Shown piece by piece: positions 12,075-22,900 of a stretch of DNA of 64,000 nucleotides. This DNA comes from Azolla caroliniana. Its lineage: Eukaryota; Plantae; Polypodiophyta. Both the position numbers and the translations under genes were made by a program. The DNA is taken from positions 17,298,001 to 17,362,000 of the forward strand of contig JBHGNT010000015.1 of the NCBI GenBank assembly GCA_043228905.1, in the 5' to 3' direction. The notes below the pieces were generated by a model. It worked only from the letters and a program-made list of their open reading frames with translations, was not told where the DNA came from and searched no databases. The stretch's first letter is position 1; each line of letters opens with the position of its first letter.

Positions 12075-15000
12075 CTCCCCCTCAAGCTCAACTTGAGGCT
12101 CTTCGGGATCCTCGGGCTCACAGCTCCGGTTCCTCCTGGCTTCACGCCACGCTCGCGCTCCTCGACTTGTTCGACTCTGCGCGCTTCGACCCTTCCGGTC
12201 GGCTTGTCTGCTCATGCGGCCCTTATCAGCTCTTCTGCTGTTGCGGTGTTGACGCTTCTCCTGCTGCCTTTTCTTCCGCTTGGGCCTCGGTTGATTCAAC
12301 GTGTCTGAATCAAACATCCGAACCGACTCGGCTACCTCCGATCGGTTTTCGCTCTCGTCCGAGTTGGCTGTCTCCAACTCGTCTTCGGTCTTCTGGCCCT
12401 CGATGGCGTCGTCTCCCCTATGCGTGGTTGGTTTCGGCCCTTTCCTTCGGCTGCTCCCCTTCTATCCGCTTTCAGACTTTTCCGTGGGTCCGCCCTCGGC
12501 TTCTTCAGCCGATCCGAAGTCGAACTCGACAACCGAGTCAACCGACTCGGTGGTGTTGCGGTCTCCGCTCCTTTCCTGCTGCCTTGCTTGGTCGTTCGGG
12601 ACTTTTCTCCCCCTCAAGTTTGGCACGTCGAGGTGACGCAATCCGAGCGCACCTGAGAATTGCCGCAACTTGTCCAGACCAAGAGGCTTGGTGAAGATGT
12701 CGGCAACCTACCGATCCGTCGGAACGTACTGAAGTTCGACTTCACCGGAAAGAACACGCTCATGGACGAAATGGTAGTGCACCTCAATGTGCTTGGTCCG
12801 TGCGTGGAAAACGGGGTTTTTCGCGAGCTGGATGCTGTTGAGGTTGTCGCAGTAGATCGTCGTCGGATCTGACACCTCCACTTGCAGGTCCTTAAGTAGC
12901 CGCTTCAACCATATGGCTTCGCATGTCGCGACAGCCGCTCCTTGGTACTAAGCTTCGGTGCTCGACAGTGCAACTATCGGTTGCTTCTTACTGCTCCACG
13001 CGATCGTGGCACTCCCGAGGGAGAACGTGTATCCGGACGTGGATCGGCGATCGGCGGCGTTGCCAGCCCAATCAACATCGGTGTAGCCGACTAACTGCGT
13101 GGCCGCACCGGTCCGATATAACAGTCCCCGGTCCTTAGTGCTGTTGACATACCGAAGTATGCGTTGTGCACACTGAAGGTACTCCTCGGTAGGTCGCGCC
13201 ATGAACTGACTGATCACCCCGACCGGATAAATGAGGTCGGGTCGGGTGATGGTCAAGTATATGAGGCTTCCGACAATTTGTCGGAACCTCGTCGGGTCGC
13301 ATACCTTTCCCGTATCGAGACGAAGCTTGACGGTTCTGTCCAGAGGAGTCGAGACGGACTTACAGTCGGCCATCCCGAATTTGAAGAGCATAGTCAGCAC
13401 GTAATGACGTTGGCTGATCAATATGCCTTCGGGGGTACGGATCACTTCGATCCCGAGGAAGTAATGAAGGTCCCCCAGATCCTTCATGTCGAACGATGTC
13501 GCAAGCTGGAGCTTCACGCGGTCGATTTCACCTAGGTCAGCGCCGGTGATGACCAAGTCATCAACATATAGTAGAATACTAACCGGTCCGAGTCGACCTT
13601 TCCAGATGAACAGGGAAGAGTCTGATTTTGACGTGACGAAGCCCATCCAACGCAATTGTTGCGTGATCTTCGCGTTCCAGGCACGCGGGGCTTGCTTCAG
13701 TCCGTAAAGAGACTTCTTCAGTCGGCATACTAACTGGTCCGAGTCGACCTTTCCGGATGAACAGGGAAGAGTCTGATTTTGACATGATGAAGCCCATCCG
13801 ACGCAGTTGTTGCGTGATCTTCGCGTTCCAGGCACGCGGGGCTTGCTTCAGTCCGTAAAGAGACTTCTTCAGTCGGCATACTGCCGAGGAGTTTGTTCCG
13901 GAGTGAAATCCGAGGGGCTGTACCATGTACACTTGTTCCTCAAGGTCACCTTGCAGGAACGCATTCTTTACATCCATTTGATGTAAGTGCCACCCCTTCG
14001 CCGCAGCTACTGCCAGCAAAACACGGACGATCGTCATTTTCGCGACTGGCGCAAACGTCTCATCGTAGTCGATGTCGTGTTTCTGTGCGTAGCCCTTTGC
14101 CACTAGCCGAGCCTTGTACCGGTTGACCGAGCCATCGGTGTTGTACTTGACCTTGTACACCCACCTACACCCGATCGACTTCACACCCTTTGGTGTGTCA
14201 ACCAGGTCCCAGGTCTCGTTCTCTGCCAATGCGTGCATCTCTTCCTCCATCGCGGCACGCCAATTCGCGTCTTTAGCCGCTTCTGCATAGCTCTCTGGCT
14301 CACGCACTTCCGCTACACGGGTCATGTACGCATAATGATGCGCCATGTACTCGTTGTATCCGAACTGCACAACTGGGTTCTTTTGGCGGGTGGATCGGCG
14401 TAATCTCACATTAGCCGATGTCGAGGCCTTCTCGGTCGACGCGGTCTTCATCTTTAAAGACCTGTCACCGGCTCCCTCAGAGTCGGACTCGCGTCGGTCT
14501 GACTCGTTCCTTTCCGTGCCGGAATCCGACACCTTCTTCTTCCCTTTCTCTTTGCGCGTAAGCCGTCTCCTCGGCTTCCTGCGCGGGGAATGCACGGCTG
14601 AGTCTCCACTACTCGCCAGCACTTCATCGGACTGATCATACCAACTCAGTCATCCAATCGGTCCACTTAACCGGAGTGAAATCAGACTCTCTTCGCGGGT
14701 CTCGATTTCGGGCTCATCCGGAGGCATCTCGGCCTCGCTGACCTCATCGTCAGAACACGGATTGGACTCGGGGGCTTGTACCAGGACACGGACTCGTCAA
14801 CCACAACGTCGCGGCTAACACGCGCTTGTTTGGTGCGAGGGTTATAGCACTTATAACCCTTCTGCTCGTCCGAGTAACCAACCAAGATGCACTTCTCGGC
14901 CTTTGCGTCCAGCTTCCTCCTTTTCTCCTTCGGTACATGCACATACGCAATGCTACCGAAAAACCTCAAGTGTCGCAAGTTCGGCTTCGTTCCGAAATAT

Positions 15001-16985
15001 AGCTCGTGCGCCGACACTTTGTCTCCGATCCAGTTCTGGATGTATACCGCGGTCCTCACCGCCTCGGCCCAATAGAACTTGGGCAAGCTCTTCTCCTCCA
15101 GCATTGCCCGTGCCGCTTCCACAATCGACCGGTTCTTCCTCTCGGCCACGCCGTTCTGCTCTGGCGTGTATCTACAACTGAATTTGCGCCGAATTCCCAT
15201 TTGTTGTAGATAACCGTTGAATTGACCGGAAAAGTACTCTTTCCCGCCATCTGACCGTAGGCACTTGATCTTTCGTCCCGTTTCCATTTCCACGAACCCT
15301 TTGAGGTCCCGGAAACAGTCGAAGACTTCGCTCTTCCTCTCAATGAGGTAGATCCACGTGTGCCGCGTGTGGTCGTCGATGAAGGAGACGAAGTATCGGC
15401 TCCCGCCAAGACTAACGTTTAGTGCCGGTCCCCACACATCCGAGTGTATAAGGTCGACCTTGTTCCGGCTCCGGTTTCGCTCGTTGGGGAAGGGAAGTCG
15501 GTGTTGCTTCCCGAGCTGGCAGGCTTCACAAATTTGTGCCTTTCGGCCACTAAACTTGGGCAATCCGAACACTACCTGTTTCGATTGCAGATCTTGAAGC
15601 TGCTGGTAGTTGACGTGGCCTATCCACTTGTGCCACAAGTCAATGTCCGACTCAGCTTTTTGTCCCTTCACGAACATTGTAGTGCCGCCGTTAGTGGAGT
15701 CGAGGATGAACATCCTCCCGTCTCTGCGCCCTTGCGCGATCACACGGCCTTCTTCCTCAATGAAGCACCCGAGGTGTGTAAACCGAACCTCCATCCCTTG
15801 GTCGACGATCTATCCGACCGAGACCAAGTTTTTCGTGATTGTCGGAACGTGCAACACATTCTTGAGTTTCCCTTTCTGCCCGACATGGCTAAGGGGAACT
15901 TCTCTGACATTCGCGATCGGATGCGGAGTGTCGTCTCCTGTTGCGACTACTCCAAGTTGTATCGGTTTTTCAAGGTACGAGAACCACTCCTTATGGCTCA
16001 TCATGTGGTTTGACGCGCCGGAGTCTACATACCACACCTCGTTTGGTCTCGGGGTGCTCTGTTTCATTGAGTTTGCTTCGTGTCTCGTCACGAAGACAGA
16101 CCCTTCTCCGGCTCTCCCGGAGTCTTCAGCGTAGTGCGATCGCTGTCGATTTCCCTTGTCAGTATGTCTGGAGCCGTTCCCGGAACCAGTTCTCTCCGAA
16201 TTGGCGCGCTTCTTCCAGCACTCACTTTCCTTGTGGCCTTTCTTGCCACAGTACCAACACTCCGCGATGGACTTCCCTTGCCGGTTCTCGCTTCGACTCC
16301 CCCTGTTTCCGGAGGGTTTGGAGTTGTTGTCGGCATCACTTCAGTGCCTTCTTTCTTGATCTCGTCGGCCCCCTCCATTGCGTGCCGACTCGCCTCATCC
16401 TCCACGTCCACGGGGCCTATCTCCCTCTGTGTACAACATTCTGCTGTCGGTGTGCATGCTTGTAGATGCACCCGCGTGGTTCTCCTCTACCAGGAGCATC
16501 GACTGTAAGTCGAAAAAGGACGGCGTATTCTCCCGGGTACACACAACCGTTCGGAACGCTCCGAACTTCGACGCCAAACCTCTGAGACAGATCTGGACCA
16601 TCTCGCTCTCCTCGATGTTCACCTCTATGGAGGCGAGGGAGTCGCAGATATTCTTGATCTTCGAGGTATAGTCCGCCACCGACATGTCGCGTTGTCGTAG
16701 GTTGCTCAACTCCTGTCGGAGCTGAAGCTTCCTGGTTGTGGTGCTCGCGGCGAAAATCTTCTTCAGATTTTCCCACGCACCCTTCGGTGTCTTTGCATCC
16801 CGAACATAGCTCAATAGCTGTTCGCCCACACACGATGCGAAGCAGTATAGTACCCTGCTCACCGATTGCTCCCATGACGGGAAGTCTCTGTGTGTCGATT
16901 CGGGTGCCGTGTCATTAGCTCCTTTGACATAACTCCAGTCGCCGTGCCCGAGCAGGTACTGGTGCATCTTGTAGGACCAAGACGC
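12069..16985 (-). pseudogene. copia C gag-pol (gag start at 24374-24314, beyond the G1 insertion)
   Basis: KLNRTNYA|SWSYKM across the insertion; [58 protein letters not shown]; contains frameshifts and stops. Confidence 0.93.
13576..13882. repeat. 151-bp tandem duplication inside copia C RT
   Basis: AACCGGTCCGAGTCGACC at 13581 recurs as AACTGGTCCGAGTCGACC at 13732; ATACT microhomology at the junction. Confidence 0.9.
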
Positions 16986-17784
16986 TGTCGTGAAGAAAAC
17001 CGTCCATAGGCGGAATCGGCGCACCAAGGCGTGGGAACCGGTTCTTCACGCGCGCACGCTCCGAGTTGTACATAGAAACGAATTGAGAGGATAATCGGCA
17101 GGAACGGGCCCTAACTCAAGTGGAGACAAAGACCGCGCGAACAGTCTTTTCGGTCGCGCGCGCGAACTGTACGAGTCGGCGGCGTAACTACGCGGATCCG
17201 TGAAAAACGGAGCGGATCCCTGTCCAAAAGGGACAGGGAATAAAGCTGACACGACGGCCTGTTCGTCGGCCTATATAAGGAGCGGGAAAGAGCTGTTGCA
17301 GGGATCTGGCGCGGAGAGGACGAAGTGCTGTCGGACCGTTTCTGGACGCTTCGCTCCCTCTGTTTCCTTCCTTCTTGAGCTCCAAAGCTTTCTGTGCAGG
17401 GTTCCGGGGAGGCTCGCGCTGTTTCGAGGAACGCCCGAGTGCTTCCGGCAGCACCTCCGACCTGCTACCCCCCCCCATTTCCCCGTTTGTGCGTCGAAGC
17501 GAACAGGCATCGGCATCTGTTCGCCGGCCTGTTCGGTTGCAACCAACCTGTGCCCCATCGGGGGTTGTAGTCGTGTTAGCCATTTTGTTAATACACATAT
17601 TTAGTCATTCGCATCCGTCTGTGTCGGTGTCTGTTCGCGTTCTCCGTGCTGAAGGGCCGTGTCCCTGCGTATCCCCGGTCCTGCGTAGCCGGTTCTCTCT
17701 CTTTCTCCTCCCTCGCTTGCTCTTTGGTTCGAGACCCCCGCGGTCCCGCCTCTATTCCACACGCACTTGCGTAATATCTCGACA
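16986..17784 (+). repeat. 5' LTR of G1
   Basis: TGTCGTGA...TCTCGACA; TATA-like CTATATAAGG at 17271-17280. Confidence 0.96.
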
Positions 17785-17788
17785 TCTT

Positions 17789-17806
17789 TGGTGAACCCGA
17801 CGTGAA
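17789..17806 (+). promoter_or_regulatory. PBS complementary to tRNA-Trp
   Basis: TGGTGAACCCGACGTGAA is the reverse complement of the 3' 18 nt of plant cytosolic tRNA-Trp(CCA) as I recall it (...TTCACGTCGGGTTCACCA). Confidence 0.88.
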
Positions 17807-17828
17807 AGAGGCGGCAGAAGAGCAGAAG

Positions 17829-19955
17829 ATGAGGGGGTCGGATCTCGCAGAGGCCATGGCTTCGGCCGTGGATCGGATCGTAAACGCGCGCGAGGGTACC
17901 GGTGCCCTCGACAGAGCTATTGAGGCGGTCGTCGGCACGATCGGCCGGTTCGATGGGAGGGATGCCACGAAGTATCTGGCGTCCTACGGTGCAGAAATGT
18001 TGATGCGGGACATTCCGGAAGAAAGGCGTCTTGCCGGTTTTCCCCGAGTGGCAATGCCGAGCATCCATGCGGAGGTGCTCGAGGTGCGGGCGGAGAGCCG
18101 TACCTGGGAGGAGTTCGAAGGTCGGCTCCTAGAGAAATACGGGCTGGACGACGCGCTCCGGCTTTCGAAGCGAAGGTTCATGGAATGGGTGGAGTCCCCG
18201 GGGAAGGGAAGAAACGCGTCGGCACTCCTCCGGGAGTTCGAGGAAAACTTTGCGCGCCTTTCGGCGCTCGACCGAACCATCCTGGACACGAGCCGGGTCT
18301 TGCTGTTTGTCAAGTCGGTCGACGAGCGGGATCGGGAGCAAGTGGGCCTCCTGCTGGAAACCGAAGACGGGCTCACTACCGACTGGGCGGCTGTCAGGAA
18401 GGTCTGTGGCCGTTTCGACAAACGGCGAGAATGGGCGGATAACGGGGCGACTGGGTCGGGCTCGGTCGCAGCAAGGAAGCTCGAACCAGCGCCACAGGTG
18501 CGCAAGGAAGAGACCCGGGAGTGGTTGGAAACCGGTTCGGCTTCGACCGGCGTAGTCAGAGGCTCAACCGGAGGAGCGGCGCTGGAGGAATTGACGAAGG
18601 CGATAAAGGACCTCCAAATCGCGCAGGCCCGAAGGGAAGGAGGCGAACCGGCTCGTGACCGACGGCCGGCGGCAGGAAACAGGTGCATGTGGTGCGATGA
18701 AGTCGGCCACGTTCGGAAGGACTGCGGCGACTTCGCGGAGGCGCTGAGGGACCGGGTGGTGTACCTGTGGGAAGGACGGGTGCATGCCAGCGACACCCGA
18801 AGGGCCCTGAGCCGAAACGACGGAAAGGGTGGTATGAAAAGGTTGATGGAAGAGGCGGCGGCCCGACACGCGGAATCCGTCCACTACTCGGCGTCGGCCG
18901 GCATTCGAGTCGGGGGCGGCGAGGCCCGAAAGGAAAGCAAAGCCGGATTCTGGCCGACGATGCTGGAAGGCCTTGCCGGTGCAGGGCTTAAAAGGGAGGA
19001 ATCGGACCGTGCGGAGAAACGGGTACGGGAGATGACCGGGTGGAGCGACCCGGTCGAGGAAAGGACGGGCTTCGTGGAAGCCGCTTGCCGGAACTACGAG
19101 GCTCTGGTAGAAGAGAAGCGGGTGGGAAAACCCGGGACGACCGGGCCCTCACAACGATACGAGACCCGGTCCGGGCCACGACGGGACGAAGCCGGCAGGG
19201 CCGGTACGCAAGATAAACCCCAGAAGGGCGGGTACCGTCTGGGGACGGAGATAGAAAGAACCACGGACTTACGAAAGGTCCTGGAGGAACGGATCCTCGA
19301 CAGCAAGGTGGAGCTGTCGCTACGGGAGGTGCTTGGAATCGCCAAGAAGGAGTTCCACGACTCCATCGTGGACTTGGTGAAACGGAAGAGGCTGTCAACG
19401 GAGACAGAACCGGAAAGACCGGTGGAAGTGCGGACGACGCACCTAGACGACATGGCGCTGGGAGACGAGTGGGCGGAAAGCCACTATTCGAGACCGCACT
19501 GGGCCCGAGCGACCACGGAAACCCCGGTGAAGATCGGCGATGTCCAGGAACCGGTGATAGCTTTGGTGGACCACGGATCGGAGATCAATTTGATGTCCAT
19601 GGACTTCTATAAGAAGGGCAAATGGCCGATCAACACCAAGCACGGGTGGAAAATAAGGGCAGCAACGCGCGCCACCGAGGAACTGCACGGGGCCTGTCCG
19701 AATGTGCGAGTCAAGATCGGCGACGTCGAGATTGACCAGCACTTCTTCGTGCAGGAGACATCTTTGCATCCGGTCATACTGGGAGAGCCGTACATCACGG
19801 CGGCGCGAATGGAGACCAAGGTGCTGGACAATGGTTCGGCCTATGCGCGGGTCAAGAGCCAGGACGGCCGCCATTCGGTCCAGTTTTTGACGGTTAGGCC
19901 GAACCACGAGCGTAACCGCGACTCCCTCGGTTCCGATAACCGAGAGGATTTTTAG
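17829..19955 (+). CDS. gag: G1 ORF1: Gag with CCHC knuckle plus aspartic protease
   Basis: Open frame 17802-19955, first ATG 17829; CMWCDEVGHVRKDC; LVDHGSEIN and VILGEPY protease motifs. Confidence 0.92.
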   Translation: MRGSDLAEAMASAVDRIVNAREGTGALDRAIEAVVGTIGRFDGRDATKYLASYGAEMLMRDIPEERRLAGFPRVAMPSIHAEVLEVRAESRTWEEFEGRLLEKYGLDDALRLSKRRFMEWVESPGKGRNASALLREFEENFARLSALDRTILDTSRVLLFVKSVDERDREQVGLLLETEDGLTTDWAAVRKVCGRFDKRREWADNGATGSGSVAARKLEPAPQVRKEETREWLETGSASTGVVRGSTGGAALEELTKAIKDLQIAQARREGGEPARDRRPAAGNRCMWCDEVGHVRKDCGDFAEALRDRVVYLWEGRVHASDTRRALSRNDGKGGMKRLMEEAAARHAESVHYSASAGIRVGGGEARKESKAGFWPTMLEGLAGAGLKREESDRAEKRVREMTGWSDPVEERTGFVEAACRNYEALVEEKRVGKPGTTGPSQRYETRSGPRRDEAGRAGTQDKPQKGGYRLGTEIERTTDLRKVLEERILDSKVELSLREVLGIAKKEFHDSIVDLVKRKRLSTETEPERPVEVRTTHLDDMALGDEWAESHYSRPHWARATTETPVKIGDVQEPVIALVDHGSEINLMSMDFYKKGKWPINTKHGWKIRAATRATEELHGACPNVRVKIGDVEIDQHFFVQETSLHPVILGEPYITAARMETKVLDNGSAYARVKSQDGRHSVQFLTVRPNHERNRDSLGSDNREDF

Positions 19956-22900
19956 AGAGGGCTGCCAAGGCGTGGGGCCGCGACAGTCCGGACACCCCGG
20001 GAAAACCCCACACCTGTACGATAAAACCGAAGAAACCTTGTACCATAGGTAGGGAATTTTTGTTCTCCGACAACGGAGCGTGTGCGATGGTCGGCATCGC
20101 CGGCCGAGAGAAAACAAAGACGGAGGCGAGACTTCGAGCGTGCGGAGTTCTCGGCCCGGACGAGGAAATCAACGGAGCCGTGGAGGCGGTCTCATTCGAC
20201 GACACCTTGGGAATGCTGGGAAAGGTAGTCGAAGAAGGCCTTAACGACGACCGGACGATACCGGTGTGTTCCGAGGAGATGTACGAAGTCATCGCGGACT
20301 TCGGTCGAGGGCTCGAGTCAGTTCGGACGGCCCACGTAAACACCAAGTACAAGACTGTGGACCGGAAGGTAAGGCCAGTAGCGGCACCCTTACCGGAGGA
20401 CAGCGCGTCGAGAATCAAAGGGGTTGCATCAGACCCTAGTCTACGAGATCCGGCCTGCATAGGGCACACCTTCATTGACGAGACGCTCCGAGAGCTCAAA
20501 ATCGGTGGGGGCGGGTTCCTACTGCCGGCGGAGGAAGACCGGTTTCGGAGAATGCTCGGAAGGCACGGGAAAGCCTTCGCATTCTCGCCGGAGGAAATCG
20601 GGTGCGTTGACCCGACGATCGTGGAGCCGATGGTGATATTCACGGTACCGCATGTACCATGGAATCTCAAGCCAATCCCGGTTCCGAGAGCTCACATCCC
20701 GAAGTTGATGGAGCTGCTGAGGCAGAAAGTTGATATGGGAATTCTCGAGCCGTCGAGCGCCCCATATTCGAATCGATGGTTTACCGTACCGAAGAAAAAC
20801 GGTTCGCTGCGCTTCATCCAGGACCTGCAGCCGGTCAATCGAGTGACCATTCGGAACGCAGGAATCGGACCGACCATAGACGAGTTCGCGGAGGCCTTCG
20901 CCGGAAGGTCAATTTACTCGGTCGGGGATCTATACTCAGGGTACGACCAGTTCCAGCTGGCCGTGGAGAGCAGAGACCTTACGACGATGCGAACTCCCCT
21001 CGGCCTAGTTCGGATGTGTACACTGCCGCAAGGAGGGACCAACTCGGTGGCCCACATGGTGAATGCGATGAACAAGGTTCTGAGGGACTGTGTCCCGGAC
21101 ATTACCATGCCGTTTCTGGACGACATCCCGATCAAGGGATGCCCGGTGGAAGAAAAGGACGAGACGATCGGGCCGGACGGATGCCGGCGATTCGTGGCGA
21201 CGCACGTCGACGACTGCGAGAAGGTGCTGCAAAGGCTAGAGGATGCGAGGCTCACCTTCTCCGGGGAGAAGTCGGCCTTCGGGCAGTCAGAAATCATGGT
21301 GGTCGGACACCTGTGCGGACCATATGGCCGGAAACCGTCTCCGGCGAAGGTAGAAGCCATCTCCGCGATGAAGCCCGACTGCAGCTCGGTCACGGAAGTA
21401 CGGAGATTCCTGGGGGCATGCGCGTTCTACCACATATGGATCCCGCATTACGCACACGTCGCGGAGCCACTGTACGGGTTGCTGAAAAAGGGGCGAAGGT
21501 TCGAATGGCTAGACAAGCACGCGGAATCGGTCCGGAAGCTGAAAGAGGCCCTTGCAGCGGCACCGGCACTCCGGAAGGCGGTTTACGGGAAGGGTACCCC
21601 GGTATTCATAACGGTGGATACCAGTCCGACCGGGATCGGATGGGTCGTGAACCAGGAAGACGAGGACGGCAATCGGTTTCCGATCCGATTCGGCGCGAAA
21701 GTCCTCAGTGAACGGCAGCGAGGGTACGCCCAGGTTAAACGCGAACTCTGGGGTATTGTTTCGGCGGTTAAGGCCGACAAAGACTACCTGATAGGGACGG
21801 AAGTGATCATCGAGACGGATTGCCTGCCGATTCTCGGTATGGTTTCCGGATGCGCGACTCCGGACCTGGCGATGCTCAGGTGGATAGCGTACATCAAGTC
21901 CCTGGACCCGGAAATACGACACATTTCCGGGAAAGACAACGCCATGGCCGACATGCTTTCGAGGGCGAGGTTCGACGACGAGGGCGGCATGGTTTCGGAA
22001 GACGAAGAAGTCGGCGTGGATTTCTTCGAGGCGGCATACATAACGACCGACGGGATGAGCACTCCGGCGCTTAACGAGTTCGACGCGAGCAAGTACGACG
22101 GGGAATGGCTGCAGATCGGCGGGTTTTTGAAGACGATGACGCCCGATGCGTCATGGACGAAGGACGAGGCCAACCGGATCCGGAAGAAAGCATATCGATT
22201 CTTTCTCCGAGATGGGCATCTATGGAAGCACCCGAAGAAGAGGGACGGCGTCCCGCTCCGAGTGGTGGCGATGAAGGAAGAACAGGAGGAACTGCTGACG
22301 GCCTACCACGACAGCCCTTGGGCTGGACACCGTGGAACATGGGCTACGTTTGAGAAACTAAAGGGGAAGTATTGGTGGCCGGGGCAGTACCGGGACGTGC
22401 ATCGGTTCGTGACAACTTGCGGGAGCTGTCAGATGCACTCCATAGTCCGACATCGGGACGAGCTTCACCCCACGTACCCTCCGACCATCCACTTCAAATG
22501 GATGGTAGATCTGGTGACGATGCCAATGGGGGTAGGACAGATGCGGTACCTGGTCCTAGCGCGGGAGGATCTGACGAACCAAGTGGAAGGCCGGGCCCTT
22601 CCAAACAAAACGACCGCGGCCGTATGCCGGTTCCTAATCGAGGACGTGATATGCCGGTACGGGTGCGTCGGGAAGATCGTGGCTGACCGAGGGGAGTTGG
22701 ACGCCGAAGAAGCCGCGGAGCTGTTCGACCGGCTGGGAGTCCAGCTCTCGCTCACCACTGCGTACAATCCGGAGGCGAATGGAAAGGTGGAGCGCGGACA
22801 CGGACCGATCGTCAAGGCGTTGGTTCGGGCATGCGGAGGCCGAGCCGGTGACTGGCCGCGGCTGCTACCTTATGCTTTGTGGGCAGACCGGACCACGCAC

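Noticed and set aside
17046-17794. ORFs inside the G1 LTR, repeated at 23575-24458
   Set aside because: GC-rich chance ORFs that recur only because the LTRs are identical; G2 does not preserve them intact.
20060-20062. TTG as an independent pol start
   Set aside because: Not conserved in G2 or G3, whereas the slippery site and open -1 frame are.
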